Assembly: GCA_039983755.1 (NCBI GenBank)
Contig: JBDWVU010000005.1
Location: 123,062 to 147,061 of the forward strand
Reading direction: 5' to 3'
DNA length: 24,000 nucleotides
Origin: Alloalcanivorax sp.
GTDB lineage: Bacteria; Pseudomonadota; Gammaproteobacteria; Pseudomonadales; Alcanivoracaceae
Shown in pieces: positions 1 to 11,606 of this stretch (its first letter is position 1; each line of letters opens with the position of its first letter). The translations under genes and the position numbers were made by a program. The notes beneath the pieces are model-generated. The model did no database searches. It saw only the letters and a program-made list of their open reading frames with translations, and was not told the DNA's origin.

Positions 1-190
1 TGATTTGCAGTGTGTATTTTTAAGTCTTTGATTTTTAAGGCTTTAATATTGTGGCCATTTTTTCATCATTCTAATGACATGGCAGGCGCCACAGGCGGTG
101 GGGAAGGTTCCTGACAGTCTATACACAGAGTTATCCACAGAAGTTGTGAGTAACTTTATTTCCTGTGTCACAGGGTTCTGGCGGAGCAGG

Positions 191-736
191 TTATCGTTTG
201 AGCATGGGCAGGGGGCGCCAGGGCTGGCTGAGGAGTTGTTGGCCGCTGAGCTTTAGCAGTAGCGGATGAAAGCCTGCATTGGGGAAGCCCCGTTTGATCA
301 AGCGGATCCGCGCCATGGGAATGCCGAAACGCAGCAGCCCCAGGCTCACATCAACCCAGTCAGCCCGGCGGAACACTTCGGTGAGGTCCAGGTGGTTGCG
401 GCTGAAGCGACTGAGCTTGTGGTGATTCATGATCATGGTGCGCACGTCCTGGCACCAATCGTCCAGGCCTTCTTCCTGAAGGTAGTGTTCAGCGAGGCGG
501 GCGGATGGTTGTAGATAGTCGAAGGTGCCAGCCAGCCAGATGCCGGCATCATGGAAAAAGGCGGCGACTTGCAGCTTGCCGAGCTCTTCGTCATTGACGG
601 GACGTTGCGCCATGACCAGGTTTACCAGCCGATAAACATGGTTGCGGTATGCCGTCTGTTGTTTGCCAAAACGCTCTGCGTATTGGTCGAACAGTTGCTC
701 GACTCTGGGTAACTGGGTGATCAATTCCTTGTTCAT
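191..736 (-). CDS. HD-domain metal-dependent phosphohydrolase
   Basis: The ORF 191..766 translation has an HD motif (AAFFHDAGIW) and a downstream NHH motif, as in HD superfamily hydrolases. I prefer the ATG at 736 (MNKELITQL), which is preceded by GGAG, over the GTG at 766. The start is uncertain. Confidence 0.7.
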   Translation of the reverse strand: MNKELITQLPRVEQLFDQYAERFGKQQTAYRNHVYRLVNLVMAQRPVNDEELGKLQVAAFFHDAGIWLAGTFDYLQPSARLAEHYLQEEGLDDWCQDVRTMIMNHHKLSRFSRNHLDLTEVFRRADWVDVSLGLLRFGIPMARIRLIKRGFPNAGFHPLLLKLSGQQLLSQPWRPLPMLKR

Positions 737-930
737 GCAGCTCCGCCCGGTATTGGGTGTGGTCACAGTTCTTGTTGTGGGTGAATCCGTGCTGTGGCTG
801 GATCAGTATGGCACTGATGCATTTGATACTGGCGGGGGATGGTTGGCAAATCCAGCACTTGGTGGTGGCTTTCTTGTGTACTATAGTCGGACAAGGCTAA
901 TTGGATTGTTCAACAAGTACCGGGGGTTCG

Positions 931-1626
931 GTGAGCTTCAAAGCGAAGGAAAGCCTCTCTGAGCAAATTGCCCAGCATCTCGCTCAGCAAATCATCCATG
1001 GCGACATGTTGGCCGGTGATCGCATTCAGGAACTGCGTGTTGCAGGGGAGCTGGATGTCAGCCGGGGATCTGTGCGTGAGGCGCTACTGATTTTACAGCG
1101 CCGCCAGCTGATCGACATTTTGCCGCGCCGGGGTGCGGTGGTGAAAGAAATGTCCGAAGCCCATGTGCGCAGCCTGTATGAAGTCATGCAGGTGTTGTTG
1201 GGGCTGGTGATTCGCAAGGCCATTAAGGTGGTGCGCGAAGAAGACCTGGATTCGTTCATTGAGCTGGTTCACGGGTTGCAAGTGGCGGCGGAGGAGCGCG
1301 ACCACGATGTTTTCTTTACCCTCAGCTTTCGCTTTCTGGAACATGTCTATCCGTTCGCCCGCAATGTCTTCGTGGAAGATGTGCTGATCAATATGCAGCC
1401 GGCCATGCAGCGGGCTTACTTTATGGCCCTGCATCTGGAGCCGGATGAAATCAAGGAGTGCCTGTCGTTCTTCAAGGCGCTGGTGGAAACTATTTTCCGC
1501 CGTGATGTGCGTTCGGCCCTGGAGATTATCCGCGAGTTTGCCGAGCATCAGTCGGATCTGGTGGAAGAGTCCATCACCCGCGCACGTCAGATTGAAACCG
1601 CCTGGGGCTCGCGCCGCCGCAAGTAA
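931..1626 (+). CDS. GntR/FadR-family transcriptional regulator (winged HTH plus FCD-like C-terminal domain)
   Basis: The N-terminus is typical of a GntR HTH: ESLSEQIAQHLAQQIIHGDML.GDRIQELRVAGELDVSRGSVREALLILQRRQLI. The C-terminal part is all-helical, about 140 aa. The ORF opens at TTG 901, and GTG 931 is an alternative start; either is possible. Confidence 0.75.
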   Translation: MSFKAKESLSEQIAQHLAQQIIHGDMLAGDRIQELRVAGELDVSRGSVREALLILQRRQLIDILPRRGAVVKEMSEAHVRSLYEVMQVLLGLVIRKAIKVVREEDLDSFIELVHGLQVAAEERDHDVFFTLSFRFLEHVYPFARNVFVEDVLINMQPAMQRAYFMALHLEPDEIKECLSFFKALVETIFRRDVRSALEIIREFAEHQSDLVEESITRARQIETAWGSRRRK

Positions 1627-1681
1627 TGCGGCGTTGGGATAATGGCATTTGAAGGATGACCATCAATCTGCAACGAGGGTC

Positions 1682-1710
1682 TTGCCCTGACGGATCAAGC
1701 TGCATAGAAT
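1682..1710 (+). promoter_or_regulatory. Candidate sigma70 promoter for tRNA-Val
   Basis: TTGCCC (1682-1687), a 17-nt spacer, then TAGAAT (1705-1710). A GC-rich discriminator (gccaccctc) follows, and the mature tRNA 5' end is at 1724. Confidence 0.4.
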
Positions 1711-1723
1711 TGCCACCCTCTTT

Positions 1724-1800
1724 AGGCACGTAGCTCAGTTGGTTAGAGCACCACCTTGACATGGTGGGGGTCGGTGGTTCGAATCCACTCGTGCCTACCA
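1724..1800 (+). tRNA. tRNA-Val (anticodon GAC)
   Basis: 77 nt. Acceptor stem aggcacg pairs with cgtgcct, followed by discriminator A and an encoded CCA. The D-loop is agctcagttggttagagc, the anticodon loop is cTTGACAt (GAC), and the T-arm is ggttcgaatcc. Confidence 0.93.
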
Positions 1801-1814
1801 GATACAAACGAAAA

Positions 1815-1847
1815 GGGCTTGTCGCAGCGGTGCGGCAGGCCCTTTTT
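1815..1847 (+). terminator. Rho-independent terminator after tRNA-Val
   Basis: gggcttgtcgc (1815-1825) pairs with gcggcaggccc (1832-1842): 11 bp including 2 G-U pairs, with a 6-nt loop. TTTTT follows at 1843-1847. Confidence 0.75.
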
Positions 1848-1911
1848 CGTTTTCGCTCCTTCAGTATCGCGCCCGGTAGAATATCAACGTCTTACGCAGG
1901 AGAGGGTTGCA

Positions 1912-2373
1912 ATGCCTGACTCGGATTACCTGGGTGCTGCCCGGCCAGGACTGATGCTGTATCTGCCTCACCGGCCCATGGGAATGGTCCCGGATGTGGG
2001 TGCGTTGGTGGCGGCCAACTCCAATCACTGGCGAAAGATTCTGAATCTGCTGGCCAAGGTGGCGTGCCCGGTGGCGGAGGATTGGCGGCGCTACCGGGAT
2101 CAAGCGCTGTTTCAGGAGACGGCGCTGTGTTTTGCGCCGGTGTTGGCTCAGGGGTCTTGCTGGCACTGGATCGGTGGCAAGGAAAACCTGCTGCGCTTTA
2201 CCGGCTTGCGGCACCACGCCCGACCATTGCACGGCGCTGCGGAGATTGCTGTGGACCCGCAAAGACGCTTGCTGTTAACCCCTTACCCTGACTATCGCCA
2301 GCTCAGTAATGCCCGTGTAGAACAGGTGCGCAGGGTTCTCCGGGAGCAGCATTTCTACCCAGGTGTGGCATGA
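1912..2373 (+). CDS. Hypothetical protein (153 aa), translationally coupled to the DUF72 gene
   Basis: ATG at 1912 is preceded by aggagagg. The ORF is in frame with ORF 1756..2373, whose upstream part would overlap the tRNA and terminator. The stop overlaps the next start (ATGA at 2370). I recognise no family. Confidence 0.55.
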   Translation: MPDSDYLGAARPGLMLYLPHRPMGMVPDVGALVAANSNHWRKILNLLAKVACPVAEDWRRYRDQALFQETALCFAPVLAQGSCWHWIGGKENLLRFTGLRHHARPLHGAAEIAVDPQRRLLLTPYPDYRQLSNARVEQVRRVLREQHFYPGVA

Positions 2374-3215
2374 AGCGGCCTTATTTTCTGGGATGCCCGC
2401 AGTGGCAGCATCCTGCCTGGGATGGGCGTTTGCCTGCTGGCAACAGCCCCTTGGGGCGTTATAGCCAGGTGTTCAATGCGGTCGAGGGCAATACGTCTTT
2501 TTATGCTACGCCCTCAGCCCGTCAGTGTGAGCAATGGCGCGCCCAGGTACCAGCGGGGTTTCGGTTCCTGTTCAAGTTTCCCCGACAGATTACCCATGAT
2601 GATTTGTTACGGGGCGGCAAGGAGCCGGTACGGGCGTTTGTGGACAGACTGGCTCCGGTGAACGATGTGCTGGGCCCATTCCTGCTGCAGTTGCCTGCGG
2701 CCTTTGGTCCATCGAATCTGGCGGATCTGTGGCGATTTCTGGAGGCGTTGCCGGCATCGCTGGATTGTACGGTGGAGGTGCGCCACCGGGACTTTTTCGC
2801 CAAGGGCGAAGCGGAAAAGGCACTTAACGGTGGTTTGCGGGAGCGTCAGCTTGCCCGGGTCTGTTTTGACAGTCGGGCATTGTTTGCTGCCTCTGCTGAG
2901 GACCCGGCAACACGGGATGCCCAGTGCAAGAAGCCTCGGCTGCCGGTACATGTGTTGCCGGGTGAAGTGGCGCCGGTGATTCGCTACGTGGGCCACCCGG
3001 ATTTGCAGGCCAACCGGCTCTTTCTCGCGCCCTGGGTTGAACGGGTGGTGTGCTGGATCGAAGCGGGCAAGCAGCCCTATGTGTTTATTCACATGCCGGA
3101 TAATGGTGATGCGCTGGCCCTGGCTGCATTGTGGCACGAGATGCTGACGGAGCGTTTGCCGTGGCTTGCACCGTTGCCGTTGGGGCGGCAGGTGAGTCAG
3201 CCAGGCTTATTCTGA
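2370..3215 (+). CDS. DUF72 (YecE/UPF0759) family protein
   Basis: 281 aa. The N-terminus (F.GC..W.H..W......LG.Y...FN.VE.N.SFYA.P) and FRF.FKFP..ITH resemble the DUF72 proteins I recall. Confidence 0.8.
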   Translation: MKRPYFLGCPQWQHPAWDGRLPAGNSPLGRYSQVFNAVEGNTSFYATPSARQCEQWRAQVPAGFRFLFKFPRQITHDDLLRGGKEPVRAFVDRLAPVNDVLGPFLLQLPAAFGPSNLADLWRFLEALPASLDCTVEVRHRDFFAKGEAEKALNGGLRERQLARVCFDSRALFAASAEDPATRDAQCKKPRLPVHVLPGEVAPVIRYVGHPDLQANRLFLAPWVERVVCWIEAGKQPYVFIHMPDNGDALALAALWHEMLTERLPWLAPLPLGRQVSQPGLF

Positions 3216-3315
3216 GATAACGCTGAGATGACTCTCTCTGCGATGACAAAGAAGCGAGTTGCGAGTTTCGAGGTGCAGAACCCGGCGGGGGCGTCACTCG
3301 CGTCTCGCTGCTCTG

Positions 3316-4719
3316 TTAATTCAGCGCGATGAGCGTGCCATCGCGGCGGCGGGAATTTTCCGCCCACACCAGCAGGTCGTAATAGCGACGGATGTGGCGC
3401 ACGTACACCACCGCCTGGCCGCCCCGGGCATTGCCGTAGCGAAGCTGGTCCGCGTAGGCGGATTTGGCCAGCAGCGGCAGGCGTTGTTTCACGTCCTGCC
3501 AGCTGTCCGGATCGCCGCCCTGACGCTGGGTCAGCACGCGGGCATCTTCCAGATGCCCAAAGCCCACGTTGTAGGCGGCCAGTGCCATCCAGGTGCGGCT
3601 GGGTTCGGGAATGCGGTCGGGAATCCGCGCATGGGTGCGGCGCAGGTAGGCGGCGCCAGCACTGATGCTCTGTGACGGATCGGTGCGGTCACTGATGCCC
3701 ATCTGGCGTGCGGTATCGTTGGTGAGCATCATCAGGCCCTTGACCCCGGTGGGGGAGATGGCCTGGGGATCCCACAGGGACTCCTGGTAGGCGAGGGCAG
3801 CCAGCAGGCGCCAGTCAAAGCCGCTGTTGTCTTCGGCTTCCTTGAACAGCCCTTCATACAGCGGCAGGCGGTCGTCCAGATGACGCATGAAGCTGCGTGC
3901 CGCGTACAGGTTGAACTGTTCCACATGCCCGTAGAAACGGTCTTCCAGCTTGGCCGTGGTGCCGTCCGCCTTGGCCTGGGTCAGGTAGCGCTGCGCCTCC
4001 ATATACAGGCTTTTGTCATCTTTCGGGTTAAAGGCCCAGGCCAGCGGCATGTCGGTGGCGACGGTGTAATCGGCAATCAGGTCAGGCCAGAGCGCACGTT
4101 GCAGGGCGTAGCTGTTGGAGTTGATCAGGGTGTAGTCGACCTGGCCGTCTTCCACCAGCGCCAGCAGCTGCTCCGGCGTGGCGTTTTCCACTTCCTGGAA
4201 GGTCAGTTCGGGGTTGTCCAGTTGTGCCTTGACCAGCAGCTCGGCGTGGCTGGAGCCGGCGCTTACGGCTACTTTCTGGTCGTCCAGCTCGCTCAGATCG
4301 CTAATTCGCGGGCTGCTCAGGCGGCGTACCAGCAGGGTGTCGATATTTTGGTAGCGAGTGCTGAAGCGCAGGCTTTCGCTGCGCTCTGCGGTGGCGACCA
4401 GGCCAGCGGCTGCAATGTCTGCCGTGCCCTTGCGGATAGCGTAACGGATGTAGGAGAGGTCGTCGGATTCGAGGATGCGCAGCTCTACCCCCAGGCTGTC
4501 AGCGAACCCTTTGGCGAGTTCGTACTCCATGCCGGTGAAGCCGTGCTGATCTTCATAATAGGTCGTATTGGACGGACGGGTCAGGACCACCAGCTCGCCA
4601 CGGGCGATAACGCGCTCCATGGCGGAGGGAGTGGGACGCATGGCCAGCATTAGCCCCAGTACGCTGAACAGCGCCAGCGGGGCGAGCAAATGCTTGCTGT
4701 GTCGAAAGAATACCGTCAC
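3316..4719 (-). CDS. mltF: Membrane-bound lytic murein transglycosylase F
   Basis: 467 aa. It has a signal or anchor peptide, an N-terminal periplasmic solute-binding-like domain, and a C-terminal SLT domain with the catalytic motif AYQESLWDP..SPTGVKGLMMLT and AYN.G. It is divergent from purL, as in E. coli. GTG start with a GAGG RBS. Confidence 0.9.
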   Translation of the reverse strand: MTVFFRHSKHLLAPLALFSVLGLMLAMRPTPSAMERVIARGELVVLTRPSNTTYYEDQHGFTGMEYELAKGFADSLGVELRILESDDLSYIRYAIRKGTADIAAAGLVATAERSESLRFSTRYQNIDTLLVRRLSSPRISDLSELDDQKVAVSAGSSHAELLVKAQLDNPELTFQEVENATPEQLLALVEDGQVDYTLINSNSYALQRALWPDLIADYTVATDMPLAWAFNPKDDKSLYMEAQRYLTQAKADGTTAKLEDRFYGHVEQFNLYAARSFMRHLDDRLPLYEGLFKEAEDNSGFDWRLLAALAYQESLWDPQAISPTGVKGLMMLTNDTARQMGISDRTDPSQSISAGAAYLRRTHARIPDRIPEPSRTWMALAAYNVGFGHLEDARVLTQRQGGDPDSWQDVKQRLPLLAKSAYADQLRYGNARGGQAVVYVRHIRRYYDLLVWAENSRRRDGTLIALN

Positions 4720-5139
4720 TTGGTGGTACCTCTGTCAGGTTGTCCAGACAGGTCGATACTGCTTACCGCCGACCGGTGGAAGGCCCTATGCCTTCACGAT
4801 GATGCCTTACTTGTGATCTATATCACGTAATTGCGGCGCAACTCTATCATCGGCAAATGGCTGTTCTGTAAAGCTTTGTCGAACAATTGCTCCTTTTTTG
4901 CACAATTTTTAAAAGTCAGGAAAAGAGCATTAATTTGCGTATCAGGCGTCAGTCGTAGGTGATTTGCTACGGCCTGATGCCAGGGTGAGAGAGGGCGGGC
5001 AGGCGGGTAGATTACGGTGTAATTGGGCGGCTTGAGAGGCTGCGAGCGGCGAGCAAATCCCGTATCATTGCCAACCTGAATAAATGCCCTGAACATCTGG
5101 CACCCCTCAATCCCCATTGGTAATCATATAAGGCGCACT

Positions 5140-9030
<3,891 letters not shown>

Positions 9031-9075
9031 GAGCAATTGACAGTTGATAGTGGACAGCTGCTGGCAGCTGGAAAC

Positions 9076-9115
9076 TGAAAAAGGCGGAAATGGCTTGGCC
9101 ATTTCCGCCTTTTTT
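9076..9115. terminator. Bidirectional rho-independent terminator downstream of purL
   Basis: ggcggaaatggc (9083-9094) pairs with gccatttccgcc (9098-9109), a perfect 12-bp stem. It is flanked by an A-run (9076-9082) and TTTTTT (9110-9115). Confidence 0.8.
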
Positions 9116-9159
9116 ATGTCCTGTTCGGGCCTTGAGCTGTCCTGGCCCTGCCCTCAGAA

Positions 9160-9175
9160 TCAAACGATTGTTTGA
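9160..9175. promoter_or_regulatory. PsrA-type palindrome TCAAAC-N4-GTTTGA upstream of the thioesterase genes
   Basis: The perfect palindrome tcaaac gatt gtttga ends 41 nt upstream of the ATG at 9217. It fits the published PsrA (TetR-family) operator form G/CAAAC-N2-4-GTTTG/C. A second copy lies at 17546-17563. Confidence 0.35.
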
Positions 9176-9216
9176 AAGCGTTTCGCTGTCCACTACAACT
9201 GTCAATTGAGACATGT

Positions 9217-9882
9217 ATGTCTGAAAAAACCTTCGGGCCTTTTGAATTGCAAAAGGCCTATAAAACCGAGCCTGTGCCCAGTGATTTTGTGCAGCGGCGC
9301 CGTATCAGCGCGGCCATGCAGTTACTGGCCGAGCGGCTGATTCGCGCAGAAGCGGATGAGGCGACCCTGGCTGCCTGGGCTGAGCAACTGGAAGCCATGG
9401 TGGAGACAGTGGGCACACCAGAGCGTCGTGACACCCGTGACGCCAATCGCAAGCTGTTTACCGGCAAGGCCACCGCGGACGATATCTATCACATGATGGA
9501 CTACGACCCGGTGGGCGGCCCGTCCAACCCGGTAGCGCCCCAGGTGCAGTGGCTGCAGGAAGATCAGGATGGCATCCGTGGGGAGGTCAGCCTGGGGCTG
9601 CAATATCAGGGGCCACCGGGGCGAGTGCATGGCGGGGTAATTGCCTGGCTCCTGGACGCGGGGCTCTCCCGTGCGCTGCATGCGGCGTTCCGGCTGGGGG
9701 TGACGGGTACGTTGAATATCCGTTATCTGGCGGCGACACCAATAGAGACGCCGATTGAATGTCGGGCGCACATTACCGGCCGGGAAGGGCGGAAAATTTT
9801 TGTAGAGGGCGGTATCTGGCACGGGGACACCCAGACCGTCAGCGCAGAGGGTGTCTGGCTGACACCCAAGAGTCTGGGGTAA
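9217..9882 (+). CDS. PaaI/hotdog-fold thioesterase with N-terminal helical extension (paralog 1)
   Basis: 221 aa. The C-terminal core is QGPPGRVHGGVIAWLLD...TGTLNIRYLAATP...TVSAEGVWL; the VHGG motif and hotdog fold fit PaaI-type thioesterases. I take the ATG at 9217, in frame within ORF 9172..9882. Confidence 0.75.
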   Translation: MSEKTFGPFELQKAYKTEPVPSDFVQRRRISAAMQLLAERLIRAEADEATLAAWAEQLEAMVETVGTPERRDTRDANRKLFTGKATADDIYHMMDYDPVGGPSNPVAPQVQWLQEDQDGIRGEVSLGLQYQGPPGRVHGGVIAWLLDAGLSRALHAAFRLGVTGTLNIRYLAATPIETPIECRAHITGREGRKIFVEGGIWHGDTQTVSAEGVWLTPKSLG

Positions 9883-9885
9883 TTG

Positions 9886-10599
9886 ATGACGGAAACCACC
9901 TACCATTATCGCGATATTTGTGTGGCGGAAACGCCGGAGCCTTCCTCTCGGGCGCAATTGCACCGTCAGTTGGGTCAGGAACTCGCTGGCCTTACCGAGC
10001 AGGTGTTGCGGCTGGATGTGCCGCAGGAAAAATTGCAGGATTACATCGATCAGGTGAAGCAGTTGCGCCAGGCATTGCAGCAGGAAGGTCGGCGGGATTA
10101 CAGCGAGATTTTGCAGCGTCTGCTGGCCGGGCAGGGCAGTGGTGACGACGTGACTGATCTGGTGGATTTTGAAATTCTTACCGGAAAGGCCTCGCCGCTT
10201 TCGCCGCCGCTGGAATTGTGGATCGATGGTGACCGTATTCGTGGCCGGGCCACGTTTGGTCCGGTGTTTCAGGGGCCCCCAGGGCGGGTTCACGGTGGCG
10301 TGTTGGCGCTGGCATTGGATATGCTGATGGCCAAGACGCAGGATTATGTCCGCCAAATCGGCATGACCGGCACCCTGAATATCCGCTATCTGGCGGCCAC
10401 GCCGTTGAACACGCCAGTGGATTTCGAAGCCCGCTTGATCTCGCTGGAACGCCGAAAGTTACGCTGTGAAGGCAGTGTCTGGGTAAATGGTGAGCAAACC
10501 GTTTCGGCGGAGGGTATCTGGATTTCGGCCCATGGTGAGTATGCGTTGAAGCCAGAATTTGCGTCTGCGCTACCGTCGGATACCGGGGTGGCGTCGTAA
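9886..10599 (+). CDS. PaaI/hotdog-fold thioesterase with N-terminal helical extension (paralog 2)
   Basis: 237 aa from ATG 9886 (TTG 9883 is also possible). The core is QGPPGRVHGGVLALALD...TGTLNIRYLAATP...TVSAEGIWI, about half identical by eye to the upstream gene over the last 85 aa or so. Confidence 0.75.
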   Translation: MTETTYHYRDICVAETPEPSSRAQLHRQLGQELAGLTEQVLRLDVPQEKLQDYIDQVKQLRQALQQEGRRDYSEILQRLLAGQGSGDDVTDLVDFEILTGKASPLSPPLELWIDGDRIRGRATFGPVFQGPPGRVHGGVLALALDMLMAKTQDYVRQIGMTGTLNIRYLAATPLNTPVDFEARLISLERRKLRCEGSVWVNGEQTVSAEGIWISAHGEYALKPEFASALPSDTGVAS

Positions 10600-10623
10600 C
10601 GTTCAACGCACCGGGAGGCAAGG

Positions 10624-10968
10624 ATGACAGAGGCCAGTGATCAACATTACAAGTTGTGCTTTTACGTGCCCGTGAGCCATGTGGAACAGGTGAAAACAGC
10701 CATTTTCGAGGCCGGCGCCGGGCACCTGGGCGATTACGATCATTGCAGCTTTCAGACGCTGGGCCAGGGGCAGTTCCGGCCCCTGTCGGGGAGCCAGCCT
10801 TTTCTTGGTCAGCATGACCAGGTGGAAGTGGTGGAAGAGTACCGGGTGGAGACGCTTTGCCTGGGCGCGTGCCTGCAAGCGGTGATCAGTGCGTTACGCC
10901 TGTCGCATCCCTATGAAGAGCCTGCCATCGATTTGTGGAAGCTGGAGCCGCTGCCGGGCACCCACTGA
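10624..10968 (+). CDS. Small YqfO/NIF3-insert-domain-like protein (114 aa)
   Basis: YKLCFYVPVSHVEQVKTAIFEAGAGHLGDYDHCSF...GQFRPL.GS.PF.G......VEEYRVE resembles the stand-alone YqfO C-terminal / NIF3 insert-domain family, as far as I remember it. An RBS (ggaggcaagg) precedes the ATG. Confidence 0.55.
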   Translation: MTEASDQHYKLCFYVPVSHVEQVKTAIFEAGAGHLGDYDHCSFQTLGQGQFRPLSGSQPFLGQHDQVEVVEEYRVETLCLGACLQAVISALRLSHPYEEPAIDLWKLEPLPGTH

Positions 10969-10985
10969 GAGCTGCCGAGATCCGG

Positions 10986-11543
10986 TTATTCGTCTTTGGG
11001 CCGACGCTTAAGCGGCTGGATATCCTGGGTGCGCACGGGGAAATCATTGCGGGCAAGGTCATCAATATAAAACCGCAGCGTGCGCCCGATGGTGGGGAAG
11101 GCCAGCTCATCCCAGGGGATGTCGTCCAGAGCAAACAGGCCGGCATCGCTGCTCTCTTCTCCGACGCCGTATTTGCCGTCTTCCACGTCCCCCAGAAAGA
11201 AGACGTATACCTGATTAATGTGGGGCAGGTTGAAAACCGTATACAAGTCGCCGATGGCCACCGTGGCGCAGGCTTCTTCCCATGTCTCTCTGGCCGCGCC
11301 TTCCTGCAGGGTTTCGCCGTTTTCCATGTAGCCAGCAGGTAGCGTCCAATAGCCTTTGCGCGGTTCGATGGCGCGTTTGCAGAGCAGCACTTTTCCTTCC
11401 CATATTGGCACGGCGCCCACCACGATCTTGGGATTCTGGTAATGGATCGTTTGGCAATCCGGGCACCAGTAACGGGGGCGATTATCTCCTTCCGGAATAC
11501 TGAACTGCAGGTTGGGGTTGCCGCAATGGCTACAGAATTTCAT
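10986..11543 (-). CDS. NUDIX hydrolase with N-terminal zinc ribbon
   Basis: From ATG 11543 (MKFCSHCGNP...CPDCQ) there are four Cys forming a zinc ribbon. The Nudix box is GYMENGETLQEGAARETWEEACA (G.5E.7REuxEExxu). The ORF track extends to 11606, but the upstream 21 aa look non-coding. Confidence 0.8.
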   Translation of the reverse strand: MKFCSHCGNPNLQFSIPEGDNRPRYWCPDCQTIHYQNPKIVVGAVPIWEGKVLLCKRAIEPRKGYWTLPAGYMENGETLQEGAARETWEEACATVAIGDLYTVFNLPHINQVYVFFLGDVEDGKYGVGEESSDAGLFALDDIPWDELAFPTIGRTLRFYIDDLARNDFPVRTQDIQPLKRRPKDE

Positions 11544-11606
11544 GGAAAACTCACTATAAGCGGTATGAAAAGCCCCCAAAATACCGCCACAAAGGTAATT
11601 GCCCAC

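Larger units (their letters stand above)
9034..9208. repeat. Terminal-inverted-repeat element, copy 1 (MITE/REP-like), enclosing the purL terminator
   Basis: Left arm caattgacagttgatagtggacagc (9034-9058). The right arm 9185-9208 has reverse complement caattgacagttgtagtggacagc, identical except for a 1-nt indel. The first 21 nt match the copy-2 arm at 19877 in 18 of 21 positions. Confidence 0.6.

Noticed and set aside
16-44. A tandem direct repeat ATTTTTAAGKCTTT x2 (16-29 and 31-44, 13/14 identical) at the AT-rich left edge. A 6-1-6 palindrome, cctgtgtcacagg, lies at 162-174.
   Set aside because: The repeat is real in the sequence but sits at the window edge without upstream context. The palindrome has no U-tract on either strand. 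I cannot assign a function.
131-139. A perfect DnaA-box consensus TTATCCACA.
   Set aside because: It is a single isolated box with no cluster, no AT-rich unwinding element repeats and no oriC-linked genes nearby. A lone 9-mer is compatible with chance or a minor DnaA-titration site.
873-895. A possible GntR operator (cttgt-N13-acaag, containing gtac) in the HD/GntR divergent region.
   Set aside because: It has only 5-bp arms with a long spacer and does not fit the FadR-subfamily t.GT.N3.AC.a pattern convincingly.
1724-3300. The idea that tRNA-Val marks the integration site of a genomic island.
   Set aside because: No integrase, no duplicated tRNA 3' segment (att) downstream, and the following genes are ordinary chromosomal types.
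4818-5117. A 99-aa minus-strand ORF in the mltF-purL spacer.
   Set aside because: It has no RBS and an odd composition, and it spans the expected promoter regions. It is probably non-coding.
10494-10507. A CAAAC-c-GTTTC near-palindrome inside the second thioesterase gene, as a third PsrA-like site.
   Set aside because: The spacer is 1 nt, outside the N2-4 range, one arm is mismatched and the location is intragenic.
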